Notes under the pieces: generated by a model | What the model saw: the letters and a program-made list of their open reading frames with translations, nothing else | Database searches by the model: none | What the model was told of the DNA's origin: nothing | Assembly (NCBI GenBank): GCA_965113315.1 | Contig: OZ220374.1 | Length of the DNA: 64,000 bases | Origin: Podarcis vaucheri | Lineage: Eukaryota | Strand: one strand, 5' to 3' | Made by a program: the position numbers and the translations under genes | Part shown: positions 49,255 to 61,943 of the stretch, piece after piece | Position numbering within the stretch: the first letter of the stretch is position 1 | Layout: the number at the start of each line of letters is the position of its first letter

Positions 49255-49397
49255 AATCACAGAATCTATTAGTTTGAAGGGACCCTGAGGGTCATCTAGT
49301 CCAACCCCCTGAAATGCAGGAATATGCAGCCATCCCAGACGGGGATTGAACCTGCAACCTTGGTGTTCTCAGCACCATGCTCTAACCAACTGAGCTA
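49255..49397 (-). mobile_element. SINE with tRNA-Ile-like head and CR1-like 3' tail
   Basis: Reverse complement TAGCTCAGTTGGTTAGAGCATGGTGCTGAGAACACCAAGGTTGCAGGTTCAATCCCC then GGGGTTGGACTAGATGACC...GATTCTGTG. Confidence 0.7.
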
Positions 49398-50089
49398 TAT
49401 GGAATGGTGGCTAGTGGTTGTCTTTTTACTGCTCAGCCTGAGAGCCTCTTGCCCTCCAGATGTTGTCAGACTCCAACTCCCATCAGCAGCCAGCCTGGCC
49501 AGTAGCCAGAGATTCTGGGAGTTCAGAATCCAGCAAAGATCTATAAGGCCACGCTGGACCCATCGTTGCCAGGAAGTTTGCTGCAGCAAAAGGATTGTTT
49601 TGCTTGTGACGATTCTGCCTTGTGCACTGCTTTGTGGTAAATTGGCACCGAAAAGACTTCAAAGGGGTGCCAGACACACCTTTTTCTAAAAGCCATTCCA
49701 AATCGGAATGGCAGAGGGGGAGGCAGCCAGATCTGATTCATGGGGCACAATGGCTATCTTTCTGCAAATCTGTCATCTTGTTGGTTATTTTTGCTACATC
49801 CCTGATGCAGGAAATTGCACTAGTTACCAAGTTAGCATGTCTTCTGTGCCCACTCTTAAAGGTGGAATTATTTTTTCTTTCCAAAGTTGGGCAATACATA
49901 ATGCCAGTTGCTAGAAACTGCAGGAGGAGGGCAGAGTTGTTTTTGTGCTCAAATCCGGATTGCTGGTTTTCCAAAATGGGCATCTGGTTGGCTACTGTAA
50001 GAATAGAATACTGCACTAGACAGACGACTGGCCTGATCCAGCTGGCACTTCTTGAGTTCTGTGGTGCAACTTGTGCTGCAATGACAATG

Positions 50090-50370
50090 TTGGACCCAAG
50101 AATACCCCCAGCCTGCTCACTTGCTCCTCCTTCCAGCGGAGAGTAATCCCATCATCCAGAACAAGATGTATTCCGCTCATCTGGGCTAAGTACCTTCCCA
50201 GGAAGAGCGTCTCAGCCTTATCTGGCTTGAGGTTCAGTTTACTGGCCCTCATCCAGTCAATTACAGAGGCCAGGCACCGATCCAGCGCCACACCTGCTGA
50301 AGCTGTGCTGGAGAAGCAGAGCTGCGCATCATCTGCATGCTGATGACAACATGCTCCCAAACCCAGAGCT
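50090..50370 (-). mobile_element. Old L2 RT fragment
   Basis: HQHADDAQL...CLASVIDWMRASKLNLKPDKAE. Confidence 0.75.
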
Positions 50371-51409
50371 TTTGTGCAGAAGTTAACTCAGTATGGGGGA
50401 GCAAAGTGAATCCTGTGGAACCCCAAATCCATGCTAGCTGGGGCTGATGGGTCAGAGTCTCAGATATCTGGAAGGCTGTTGTAAAAGGTGTGACACACAT
50501 ACCCTAACTCAGAGGAAACCTTGAGATAAACCCGCTGCCCATTCACAGCAGCCGTAAACTGGGAGTAATGCCTTCAAGAAAACATGCACCCTAAGGAGCA
50601 TGGCAGAAGGTCCCTGGTTCAAGACCCGATGGCATCTGCACCTAGGTCAAGGAGACCCCTCTGCCTGAAATCCTGGACAGCCGCTGCCAGCCAGTGTAGT
50701 CAATACTGAGCTTGATGGGCTAGTGGTCTGACTTGGTATAAGAGGCAATGTTGTGCAGTGGCTAGAGTGTCGGACTAGGATCTGGGAGACCAGGGATCAA
50801 ATGCGCAGTCGGGCCTGAAGCTCACTGCCAGTCGTTTCTTCTCAACCTAACCTACCTCACAGGGTAGCTGTGAGGATTAAATGAGGAAGGGAAACCATAT
50901 ACATGCTGCCTTGAGCTCCCTGGAGGAAAAGCTGGCATATAAATGCAATAAGTTTATAAATTAAACAAGGCAGCTTCCTAGATTCCTGGCACAGGGCCGC
51001 AGCTGCTTGACCCCCAGAAAGTCCCAGGTTTTAATCCCAGGTAGATCTGGGAAAGGCTTCCTGCCTGAAACCCTGGAGAGCCACTGCTGCTGCCTGCCTG
51101 TGCAGGCCATAGCTGTCAACCTTCCCTTTTTTGCGGGAAATTCTCTTATTCCAGTGCCGTTTCCCGCTGCTATCCCGTATTGTTAGATATCCCGTAGACT
51201 GTCCCCAGGACAGGTGAGGCGGCTGATCCCTTATTTTCAAATCTGAAAGTTGACAGCTATGGTGCAGGCAGTAGTGAGCTTGGTGGACCTTGCTGGAGCC
51301 AGACTTAGTGTTAAGCAGCTTCCTAGACTCCGATGTCCCGAGTCCTTTCACAGCTGCTGCAATGGGAGAGGAAAGGGGCTGAGAGCCTCTGACAAACCCC
51401 CTCCAGAAA

Positions 51410-51830
51410 AGAAGAGACCGCGCTTTCTCAGCGTTGCCTTTTCCCAGGACCCGCTCCCCAGGCCGGACTCCATTTCCCAGGATGCTCCGGGAGGCGAGGC
51501 TGGAAGGCCGAGAACTGCTCTTCCTCCTCCTCCTCCTCCTCCTCCTCCTCCTGGAGATTGCAGCATCCCGCATCGCCTGCTCTGGTCTGCACAGGCGTCC
51601 GGGGCGCCTTTAATCCGCCGAGCAAGAAGCAGCAGCGGCGGAGGCGTCCGGGGCGCCTCCTGCTGCTGCAATCTGCATTCTGCCTTTGTCCTGCGCCCCG
51701 CCATGGCCTCGGGGGCTCATGCACAGGTAAGGGGGCAGATGCCAGGCCTTGCAGCAGCCACAGCAGGAGATGTCTTTCCCGGGGAGGGGGCGGCGCTCGC
51801 CTTTACTCTCCCCTTTCTGCGGGGAGAGAG
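51410..51830 (+). promoter_or_regulatory. Small CpG island / promoter of the KRAB gene
   Basis: Local CpG enrichment, (CCT)n tract, Kozak GCCATGG followed by a consensus donor. Confidence 0.6.
51703..51726 (+). CDS. KRAB gene start exon (MASGAHAQ)
   Basis: CCCGCCATGG Kozak context, CAG|GTAAGG donor, phase 0, in frame with the KRAB-A exon. Confidence 0.65.
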
Positions 51831-52338
51831 AAGAGTCTCAAACTCCACCCGTTTGGAACGGATCAGAGCCCTGGCGCTGCAGCAAGGGTGCCTCTGAGCA
51901 CGTGCAGAATGGGCCCACCCTCTTTCCCCGTGGGCTTGGGAGGCAGGAAAGGGTCCCTCTGCGCCCCCGACCCTAAAGCTTAACGAGATAACAACCCGCT
52001 GAATAGCAATAAAGAGAGGCTTTTAATGGGAGTCGTCTTTTTGATGAACTGGGAATGGTTATTCCCCACACACCTGCTCCGCGAAGGTGGGTCCAGAGGG
52101 AGGCGAGGGGTCTTTGGGATCCCGCATTTTCAGTGAGACTATTCAGGAGGGTATTTTTGGGGACCAGCTGCGGTTTAAATCAGGGCTGGAATATGATGGA
52201 GGCAGGCCAGCCCGCCCCCAAAGACATGTCTGGCTCCTGGAATGGGTTGGTCTAGTTTTCTATTAGCCTGGTGCTTTCCTTCGCCAGATGTTTTGGACTA
52301 CAAATCCCATCAGCCCCTGCCCACATGATGGTGTAGCT

Positions 52339-52566
52339 CATGGGTAGGCAAACTAAGGCCCAGGGGCCGGATCCGGCCCAATTGCCTTCTAAATCCAGAC
52401 CGCAGACGGTCCGGGAATCAGCGTGTTTTTACATGAATAGAATGTGCCCTTTTATTTAAAATGCACCTCTGGGTTATTTGTGGGGCATAGGAATTTGTTC
52501 ATTGCCCCCCACAAGGTCTGAGGGTTAGTGGACAGGCCCCCTGCTGAAAAAGTTTGCTGATCCCTG
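52339..52566. mobile_element. hAT-type MITE nested in an older palindromic repeat
   Basis: Same family as 26853-27111; flanked by GACTACAAATCCCATCAGC ... GCTGATGGGAGTTGTAGTC. Confidence 0.75.
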
Positions 52567-53210
52567 GTAGCTGATGGGAGTTGTAGTCCAAAGCATCTGG
52601 AGGGCAGTAGGTTTGTTTATTTATTAAAATAGTTGTATGCTGCTATTTCATTAAAATAAAATCAGAGTGGTTCACAGTAGTACGTGCAAAGAAACGGTAT
52701 AATAGTGAAAATCAGGCATCAGTTAACTGTTACGATAATACGTATTCTTAATTGCCTGCATGGGCCTGGAAGAATAAAAAAGTTTTCATCAGGTGTGTTT
52801 AAAGGTAGAAGCAGAAAGTTGGCCAAAATATTATTTATTTGTGTGCTGGGATGGGGAGAAAGATGTAACAGAGAGGATGGTGAAAAATGGGGAGTGGCAA
52901 GCTGATGTCGAGCATCTTGCACATTTGCCCCTTGGAACTCGCTGCTACAGGATGGTTGGGGACAGTGATGATATACATACATACATAATAATTATCCATA
53001 TATCAAGAGCAGATCTGATGTTGAATTAGTCTGGCTGAGGACGACTGGCTTGCCATGGCAGCCTGACACCAGGTGGCAGAGCACCATGTTCCTTCCCTTT
53101 GGCTCCCAAGAGAGTTTTCTTTGACGGAGGGTTTACCTATGCTTGAGCAATGTAGCCATTTTAAATGCCAATAAGGAAACAGGGGTAATGAAGAAGTGAG
53201 AGCAGAGTTA

Positions 53211-53575
53211 AAGGTAAAGGGTAAAGGGACCCCTGACCATTAGGTCCAGTCGTGACCAACTCTGGGGTTGCGGCGCTCATCTCGCTTTATTGGCCAAGGG
53301 AGCTGGCGTTTGTCCACAGACAGCTTCCGGGTCATGTGGGCAGCATGACTAAGCCGCTTCTGGCGAACCAGAGCAGCGCACAGAAACACCGTTTACCTTC
53401 CTGCCACACTGGTACCTATTTATCTACTTGCACTGGTGTGCCTTCGAACTGCTAGGTTGGCAGAAACAGGGACCGAGCAACGGGAGCTCACCCCGTCACG
53501 GGGATTCAAACCGCCAACCTTCTGATCAGCAAGTCCTAGGCTCTGTGGTTTAACCCACAGCGTCGCCCGCATCCC
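53211..53575 (-). mobile_element. Sauria SINE
   Basis: Reverse full-length copy; TSD GAGARCAGAGTTA. Confidence 0.9.
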
Positions 53576-53739
53576 TGAGAACAGAGTTAGGCCTGGACAA
53601 AAATGTTAATGTGGGTCACATTAGAGGTACTGGAGAACAGAAGGTAAGATAAGAAATAAGAACATTATTATCACATCACTATGTTATTAAGATGATAAAG
53701 CATCTCAAAGATGATTGAAACCAAGCCTTATGAGACATG

Positions 53740-54052
53740 ATGGTAGGCATCTTTAAATATCTGAAGGGCTGTCCCATGGCAGAGGGAACAAGCTTGTTTT
53801 CTCCTGCTCAGGAGGGTAGGACTCCAGTCAATGCCTTTCAGTTACAAGAAAAGAGAGTCCAACTAATATATCAGGAATAACTTTCTGACAACAAGAGCTG
53901 TTAAACAGTGGAATGGATTTCATTGAAGGTTTTGAAACATAGGTTAGGTCACCATCTGTTGTGGATTCCTTAGCTGTAATTTCTGATTTGCAGAGGGTTG
54001 GACTAGATGACCCCTGCGGTACCTTCGAACTCTACAATTCAATGATTCTATG
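53740..54052 (+). mobile_element. Old CR1 3' fragment
   Basis: Degenerate match to the 3' end of the CR1 at 5660-6000; ATTCTATG tail. Confidence 0.7.
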
Positions 54053-55032
54053 ACATCTTTGGAGAGACTTACGAGAGTGAAAATGTTACAGTCTACTATG
54101 CTATGTACCTAAATGCTCCCCTGGAACTCACTGGGACCGTTCTTGACCTTCATGTTATGTTTTGCTGAGATTGTTAATTGCGCTTTCAAAAAATGTAATA
54201 AAAACATTTATAAAAGCAAACACACCATATGAATCAATATGGCGAACCTGATCCAAGACACCCACCCACCCCACTCACACATGAAAACAAAGACCACCAC
54301 AGCCAACCACAAATGAATAACCACAGCCTAGTATACGTATAATAGAAACATCACTACCTGACCCCACCCCCACTCATCTCCCCACCCTTTACCCCTTTTC
54401 TTCCTAATGTCCCAACAAATGAAACCGATTTGTAAAAAAAAAAGTTACATGGGGGGGAAATACGAGAGAGAGACATTGCACATACCTTTGTGAATCAATA
54501 AAATCTTTAATAAAAATACATTAAAAATAAAATTAAAAACAAACACACAAACTTCAGTGGGTGATCCTGAAGCAGGAAGCCCTTCTTATTCTTATTCTTC
54601 GAGGCACCTTCCTATCCTACCCAGCTGCTGGTAAGAAAGTGCATCTAAGACTTTGCCCAAGCAAACCCACAATCTGCGGTTCAGATCACACGCTGCCCTG
54701 AGACGGGTTGCGTTTCGGTGTGGGGTCCCTGATGAGAGAGATGCCATTCAGCACCTGCCCCCGATGACCGTGCAACTTCATTCTAGATGAGCGCTGGCCC
54801 CTCAAGCTGTGGGAAAGAGGCACACTTCCCCATCTTCACCAGTGCTGTTGTTGCTTTGAGTGGATCCTCTGCCCCTGAAATGGAAGCAGCTGATTGGAGG
54901 AAGGCGGCAAGCAGTTAAGTAACGCAGGAAGCTGTGTCTCACCAGACTATAGAACCATCTAGCACAGTGTTCCCTGACTGGCAGCAGCTCTCCAGGGTCT
55001 CAGGCAGGGAGGGTCTCCTTTACATGAGAACA

Positions 55033-55390
55033 TGTTGTTGTTTAGTCGTGTCCGACTCTTTGTGACCCCCTGGACCAGAGCATTCCAGGCACTCCTGTCT
55101 TCCACTGCCTCCCGCAGTTTGGTAAAACTCATGCTGGTAGCTTCGAGAACACTGTCCCACCATCTCGTCCTCTGCCGTCCCCTTCTCCTTGTGCCATCCA
55201 TCTTTCCCAACATCAGGGTCTTTTCCAGGGAGTCTTCTCTTCTCATGAGGTGGCCAAAGTCTTGGAGCCTCAGCTTCAGGATCTGTCCCTTCCAGTGAGC
55301 ACTCAGGGCTGATTTCCTTCAGAATGGATAGGTTTGATCTTCTTGCAGTCCATGGGACTCTCAAGAGTCTCCTCCAGCACCAGAATTCAA
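55033..55390 (-). mobile_element. BovB (RTE) LINE 3' fragment
   Basis: MRREDSLEKTLMLGK...RRRGRQRTRW...LREAVEDR...GVTKSRTRL, (CAA)n tail. Confidence 0.88.
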
Positions 55391-55396
55391 CACAGG

Positions 55397-55655
55397 GCGA
55401 GCCAGTGTGGTGTAGTGGTTAAGAGCCGTAGTCTCGTAATCTGGTGAACTGGGTTCGCTTCCCCGCTCCTCCACATGCAGCTGCTGGTGACCTTGGGCTA
55501 GTCACACTTCTTTGAAGTTTCTCAGCCCCACTCACCTCACAGAGTGTTTGTTGTGGGGGAGGAAGGGAAAGGAGATTGTTAGCCGCTTTGAGACTCCTTA
55601 GGGTAGTGATAAAGCAGGATATGAAATCCAAACTCTTCGTCCTCTTCTTCTTCTG
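55397..55655 (+). mobile_element. tRNA-derived SINE with (TTC)n tail
   Basis: A/B-box-like TGGTGTAGTGG / GGTTCG, MIR-core-like body. Confidence 0.65.
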
Positions 55656-58632
55656 CTGTATGAGGCCAGTCACACATCTCTAGTCCAGCATCCTGATCTT
55701 GCAGCGGCCAAACAGAAGGCCCAGTAGGACCCGAGCACCAGAGCAGTCTGTCCCCCTGTGGTTTCCCACACCTAGCATTGGTACCTGACCCCAGGTGCCT
55801 GGAGAATCCCTCCTTCCTTTTCTGTCCTGAAGCTTCCTTGGATGGCCTTGTTGAGTTCCAGTATTTCAAGAACATAAGAAGAGATGCCTGTGGAAGTGAG
55901 CAAGCAGAGTTCAAGCGCAAGAGCACCGTGGCTTCCATAGTTCTACCTGAGAGGGGATTTTTTATGTTCTCTTCCACATTAAAAAAAAAATATTTATTTT
56001 GTCCATAAAATTTTCTTTTCCACTTTGTTTGATTAGAATATATGTATGAGATTGTATAGGAAAAATAGGGAATAACAGATACAGATTTGCTTAAAATGTA
56101 TATAGGAAGTGCAGTGTAAGCGATGGAAGTCGATCAATGAAATTTTATTATTGAGATATTTGTAGAATAAATTTGGAAGAAATTCTTCCAGTTTTTCTTC
56201 TTCTTCCAATTTTTCTTCTTATTTTTTCTTTTCTCCCTTTTTTTCTTTTTTGTTCTTTTTTATGTATGTGCGCTTATCTGAAAAATGTATGTATTTGCAG
56301 TATTTTGCTTGTATTTTGTAATAATTATATTAAATAAAATATAATAAATTTATTTTTTTTAAAAAATATATATATTTTAAAAAATAAAGCACCTTGCAGA
56401 TAGGAAAGTAGGATACCAGGGCAAGAATATTGTCTCTGGTGTGATGGTTGCTGCAGGGATGTGCAGGTTTTGTCGTCGTCGTCCCCCCCCCCCCCATGGG
56501 AATCCTTAAATAAATACACCCCCTTCCTTCACTTGCTTGAGGCACCATTCTGCATCCTCATGTGTTACGCCTGCCTTTGCATTTATATCTCACCTTTTCC
56601 TCCAAGGAGCTCAAGGTGGTTTACATGGTTCTTCCGCCTCCCTATAGAATCCTAGAAGAGCAGACTTGGAAGGGACCACGGTGGTCATCTAGTCCTACCC
56701 CCTGCAGTGCAAGAATCTCTTGCTCATCCTGGGGCTCGAACCCACAGCATATATGGTTTACAACATATCCCCACAACAACGCTGAGAGGTAGGTTAGGTT
56801 GTGTGTGAGTGTCTGGCCCAAAGTCACCCAGTGAGCTTCATGGCTAAATGGGGATTTGAACCCAGGTCCCAGTCCGACACTCTCTTTACTACTACACCAG
56901 ACTGGATCAGTGTTCAATAGGGGAGGACCATATGGAAGCAGACAGGAACTGGTGCTTCTAGAACAATACTGGTGGGTTGGGAGATCTGAGCACCCTAGTG
57001 CATTGCCGTTATCGATCATGCAAATAGAATGAGTTTGCATATGGAAACAGTTAAATAATGCCTTTTGACACCCAGATAGCACACAGGTGGTTTATTATTA
57101 TTATTATTATTATTAACTGCAGCTTGAACAGAGAAATTTTGCATTGCCGTTATGTCTTTTCTAGCCTTGGACTAATAATAAAGGCAGTCTGGGACAATGA
57201 CACCCCATCCTCCATCCAGCTATAAAAATCTGGGACAGATATAGATTAAAACAAAGTCCTGCAACCTCCTGACAATCGTCTAAGCCACCCTGAGCAATTA
57301 AATTGGAATGGGGAACTAGGTAATTATGCCATCTGGCGAAAAGCACAGCTTATTGAGAATATGTGATTATATATGCGGCGGGAGGGGAGTGGGAGAGCTC
57401 CCCCCTTTTATAAATGGTTGCAGTCGAAGTGTTTGCTGGATATTCAACAATTGCAGCAGCCTAATACCCCCGGGGAGAGCCTGTAAATCTGGAAGCCCTT
57501 CCTGAATGGTTAAAGTAGCACCAAACTCCGTTTTTAAAAGTCGACCGTAATATGTCCGCTGGAGAAAATGGAGGACTTTAATTACAGAAGGTTTTGTGCG
57601 CGCATGAGATTGGAGGAGAGATTATGGAGAGAGCTCCATCCTTTCCTTGGTAGATAATATTCCGCCTCTGCTGACTTGAAGTAAAGCAGTTTCTCTCTTG
57701 GTGGCACCTAATACCTTTAAATTTGGAAGGTATACTGTTGATCAGATCAGTGTCGGAAACATGGAAGAAGGTTTCGTGGACCCTTTGCTGGAGCTGTGGG
57801 AGGATAGAAATACTTGACAGGGATTCTGCTTCCAATATCATCCGTGGCACCTCATGAAGCATTGCCAATGTCTCCATCCTCTAGTTCTGCTATTTGAAAG
57901 GAAGGGTTTTTTAAAAAATGGAAAGGCAATTGGATATATAATTTGACAACAAATTAGGAGGGGGATTCCTTATTTTGTATTTTAGTATTGTGAACTGACC
58001 TGCCCTCTTCAGATGGAGGGCAGTATACAAATAAATAAGCAAATGGAAAACAATGGAAACCATCAGGACTTCTTGACAACCGAGAATCAGCTTTTTAAGG
58101 ATTTGGTTTCTTGTGCAGTTGGATGCTTAGACTGACTGCAAGCTATGTTTTGTTCTAGGGTGGAGTTAATGGTTCTGAGCTCTTAACCAGTTACACGTTT
58201 GAATTGCAAGTGCTTTCTGGGAAAGAAGGTGTAAGGCTGCAAGGGAGGGTCTGCCGTCTAATAGGAGCAGCTCACAGATGTGTAGAGCTGGAAGGGATCC
58301 CAAGGCTCATTTCATCCAACCCCCGCAGTCAAAATGTGCACCTCCGGCCATACTCTGTGGCTCTGTTTTGTCTATGGATGCCTTTCCTTCTTTCCAGCCC
58401 ATCCATCTACCATGCTCCTCTCTTGACTGGCCCTTCCCAGCAAACACAGAGAGAGCCCTCAATTCATAAGAGCTAGAATCATAGAATTGCAGACTTGGAA
58501 GGGACCCCAAGAGTCATCCAGCCCAATCCCCTGCGAGGCAGGATGAGGCCTGTGAGGGCTGTCACCATCACACCCACTAGCAGTGGGAACTGTCCAGAAC
58601 TCCATCCCAGGTTCCCTTTCTCGTTGCCGCAG

Positions 58633-58753
58633 GTGATGTTTGAAGACGTGGCCGTCTATTTCTCCTCGGCGGAGTGGGCAGAGCTAGCAGAATGGCAGAA
58701 GGACCTCTACCGGGCCGTGATGGTGGACAACTATGAAGCGGTCACCTCGCTGG
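58633..58753 (+). CDS. KRAB-A box exon of a KRAB zinc-finger-type gene
   Basis: [41 protein letters not shown]; AG and G|GTAAG boundaries. Confidence 0.92.
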
Positions 58754-60245
58754 GTAAGGATCTCTCTCATTCCCTGCTTGGGTGTCCTTTGATGTTCCTG
58801 AGAGCCTGGAGACAGCAGATAAATGATTCTGGCTTTGCAGGGTTTGCTGTGGGGACAGGATCTCTTTGTTGAACTGACGTGGGGGCTGACGAAACTTTTT
58901 GTTTGACTTTAGACCAGCGTTTCACCAACTTGGTTCCTGCATAAGAGCATCAGATGGCTGCCAGATGAGGCCAAAGAGAGCACATCTTGTCTGCTATCAG
59001 ATTCTCATGGTGGCTAAGCCAGATGCCTGAGTGGGAAGCCTGCATGCAGGACCAGATTGCAACAGCAGCAACCCTCCCCATTTGCCATTTTAGTTCATTG
59101 CATTTATATCCTGCTTTTTCCCTCCCAAGTTGCTCAAGGTGGCTGTAATGGGTATGAGTTACTCGTGCGTAAGTTGGTGCCTTTTTCGGTTAATTTGCCT
59201 TGTTAAACCTTTCTGACTGCACAGCCCCTTCTCATCGCGGCTGTCTCAGTCACTGGCAGAATCCGTCAGTGGGCGTTTCTTGAACCTCTTCCAACATAAA
59301 AGTTGTCTGACACCCAGTCTCCTCCTCCTCTCACTGCGCGGGAGTCTTCTGCGCAGGGAAGGCGTGGGTAGCGGAGGACCTGGGCTCTCCTCACTGATGT
59401 CCAGTGAAGAGTCCTGGAGCCCTCTCTCCAATTCCCCCGTCTGCCCCCCTTTATCCCTGGTGTTGCGCTGATTGGCTTCCCCCTCTACTGAGCTGTTTCT
59501 CCCCCTGCTGCTGGGTCCTTCGCCAGCATCATCAGGGAGCCTCCCCTTCGCCTCTCCCTCCGATGTCAGTTCCCTGACAGTGGCGTACGTCGTTCTCCCC
59601 CTCCTCCTTTAATTCCCACAACAATGCTGAGAGGTAGGTTAGGCTGAGAGGCAGTGACCGGTCCTAGGTCACCCTGTGAGCTTCTTGGCTGAGTGGGGAT
59701 TTTAACCCTTGTCTCCCAGGTCCTAATCCAGGGGACAGTAAGGTTTCCCCTGAACATGTCCCCAGATGCTGTGGATACAGCTGGTTCCCTCACTTGACAG
59801 TCCATCCAGGAGGAGGCTGCTGGATAGCCTTCTGTAGGTATCCTGGCATGGTATACAAGAACCGATAAGCAACCTGGTACCTAGAAAGGAATGCTAGAGG
59901 GATGCTCTTATTTATAACCCTAGGTTGCTAGTATGATTTGTGGGAATGTTCAGGGTGGCAGGAGAGGATATATTGTTTGTTAATATCCTTATTAACTTGC
60001 GTTAGCAAGTTTCTTTACTTAGCAGAGTGCATTCCCCTTTACACGACAGAAAACTAGTTGCAAACTCGTGTGAGTTTCTTAAGACAATGCACAATTCAAT
60101 CTGGCTTGTCCTCATTGTGTTCGAATATTTTCCTGGTAAGACCCCTTGAATCCCTTCTAAAAGAATAAAGACACCACAGTCTTATTCATGTGTAAGACAT
60201 AGCTTAGCAGGTCTCGTGTAAATCCAGCAGAGTTGAAATAGAGTA

Positions 60246-60966
60246 CCATATTTTTCGGCCCATAGGGCACACCTAGTTTTTTTTGGGGGGGTTACCCGTA
60301 TTTTTCGCTCTATAAGACGCACCAGACCACAAGACGCACCTAGTTTTTGGAGGAGGAAAACAAGAAAAAAAATATTCGGAATCTCAGAAGCCAGAACAGC
60401 AAGAGGGATCGCTGCACAGTGAAAGCAGCAATCCCTCTTGCTGTTCTGGCTTCTATGATAGCTATGCAACCTGCATTCACTCCATAAGATGCACACACAT
60501 TTCCCCTTACTTTTTAGGAGGGAAAAAGTGAGTCTTATAGAGCAAAAAATACGGTATTTCCCCCCAGGCGCGGGGCTGGGGTGGGGGAAGCCTGAGCTTC
60601 CCCCAACCCCAGCCCCCAGAACAGGCTGCTATCCGCAAGCCTAGGGGGCCCGGTGGGAAGTTACGCCTGTCTCCCCAGGTTTGCAGATATCTGCCTGAAG
60701 CCTGGGGCGTGCTGAGCTCAGCGCGCCCCAGGCTTCGGGATGCAGGCAGCTCTCTGCAAGCCGTGGGAGAGCTGCGCAACTTCGCGCCGGGCTCACGGCT
60801 TGCGGAGAGCTTCCTGAAGCCTGGAGAGCGAGAGGGGTCGGTGCGCACCGACCCCTCTCGCTCTCCAGGCTTCAGTGAAAGCCTGCATTTGCCCCCATAG
60901 GACGCACACACATTTCCCCTTCATTTTTGGAGGGAAAAAGTGCGTCCTATAGGGCGAAAAATACGG
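60246..60966. mobile_element. pogo/Tigger-type MITE containing a nested related MITE (60296-60554)
   Basis: CC(G/A)TATTTTTCG ... AAAAATACGG TIRs, TA flanks; internal hairpins. Confidence 0.8.
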
Positions 60967-61356
60967 TAGTTAATAGATGACAAATTGGATGATGAAAAGG
61001 ATGTGGATTATGCAGAGTAGTGGAAAAGCAAAAGGAACCAGGAAAAGTGTGGAAGGGAAGTCATATGGTATATGCAGATATGCTGTATTTGGTATGAAGT
61101 TGTAAGTGGGATGGGGGCTAAATATGCTCTCTGTTTCTGTTTTTGGAAATGCAAATAAAATTAATTTTTTTTAAAAAATAGAGTGTTGGTCTGCAACCTG
61201 GGAGACCTGGGTTCGAATGGCGACTCGGCCGCAACGCTTGCCAGGCGGCCTTGGGCCATTCGCCACCTCTCAGCCTGGCGTACCTTGCAGGCTTGTTGTT
61301 GTGGGGAGCAGGGGGGCCAGGTGCGCCACCTGGAGAAAAGGATGCAATATCCTTGC

Positions 61357-61801
61357 AAGAAATGAAGGGGAAATATATACGACTCCCAATATATACGACT
61401 GGCAGATTAAATTAACAAATTATGCCGAGCTCGCTAGATTAACTGTGAGAATAAGAGACCAAGATGAACAGAAACGACATGACAATTGGGTTAAGTATTG
61501 GACATATATTGGAATTAAATCTTAAATGACACTAGCGGGATTGGAAACAACTCTAACAGTAAATGGCTAGTATGTGAAAGAAATAAAATACGTGAGTATA
61601 AAGTTTATTTGATACTTACAAAAGTTGTAGAAGGAAGTCCAAGGCTCAGCAGAGCCTAAAATGAATGTATTCTTGACTTACGGATTGATTAGATTTTGTG
61701 CAACTTAAGTATTGAATTTTGTATACGTTTATTTGTATTTATGCATAACATGTATAATTACTAATAAAAATTTATCTGCATAAAGAAATGAAGGGGAAAT
61801 A
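61357..61801 (+). mobile_element. 5'-truncated L1-like insertion with 19-bp TSD
   Basis: AAGAAATGAAGGGGAAATA at 61357-61375 and 61783-61801; ORF end PNIYDWQIKL..YAELARLT..W..Y; AATAAA near the 3' end. Confidence 0.75.
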
Positions 61802-61829
61802 AAGATGCTGTCCTCTGCTCCCGCGACAG

Positions 61830-61943
61830 GGCACCCGTCCGCCAAACCCGAGATCATCTGCAAAATCGAGCGCGAAGAGGAGCCTTGCACGGAGGAGCCC
61901 CTCGAGACCCCCAGATGGAAGAGACCCCGGAGCCCCTGGCTGG
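61830..61943 (+). CDS. KRAB-B box exon
   Basis: GHPSAKPEIICKIEREEEPC...; AG acceptor, G|GTGAGT donor, phase 1-1. Confidence 0.85.

Noticed and set aside
49336-49397. Possible tRNA gene
   Set aside because: Acceptor stem missing, anticodon altered and fused to a CR1 tail; treated as a SINE.
47200-51000. Expected MAP4 terminal exons
   Set aside because: No tau/MAP repeat or MAP4 C-terminus recognised on the - strand.
57370-57890. Possible L1 ORF1 remnant; similar L1-like 5' pieces at 62050-63190
   Set aside because: Too degenerate to bound or classify by eye.
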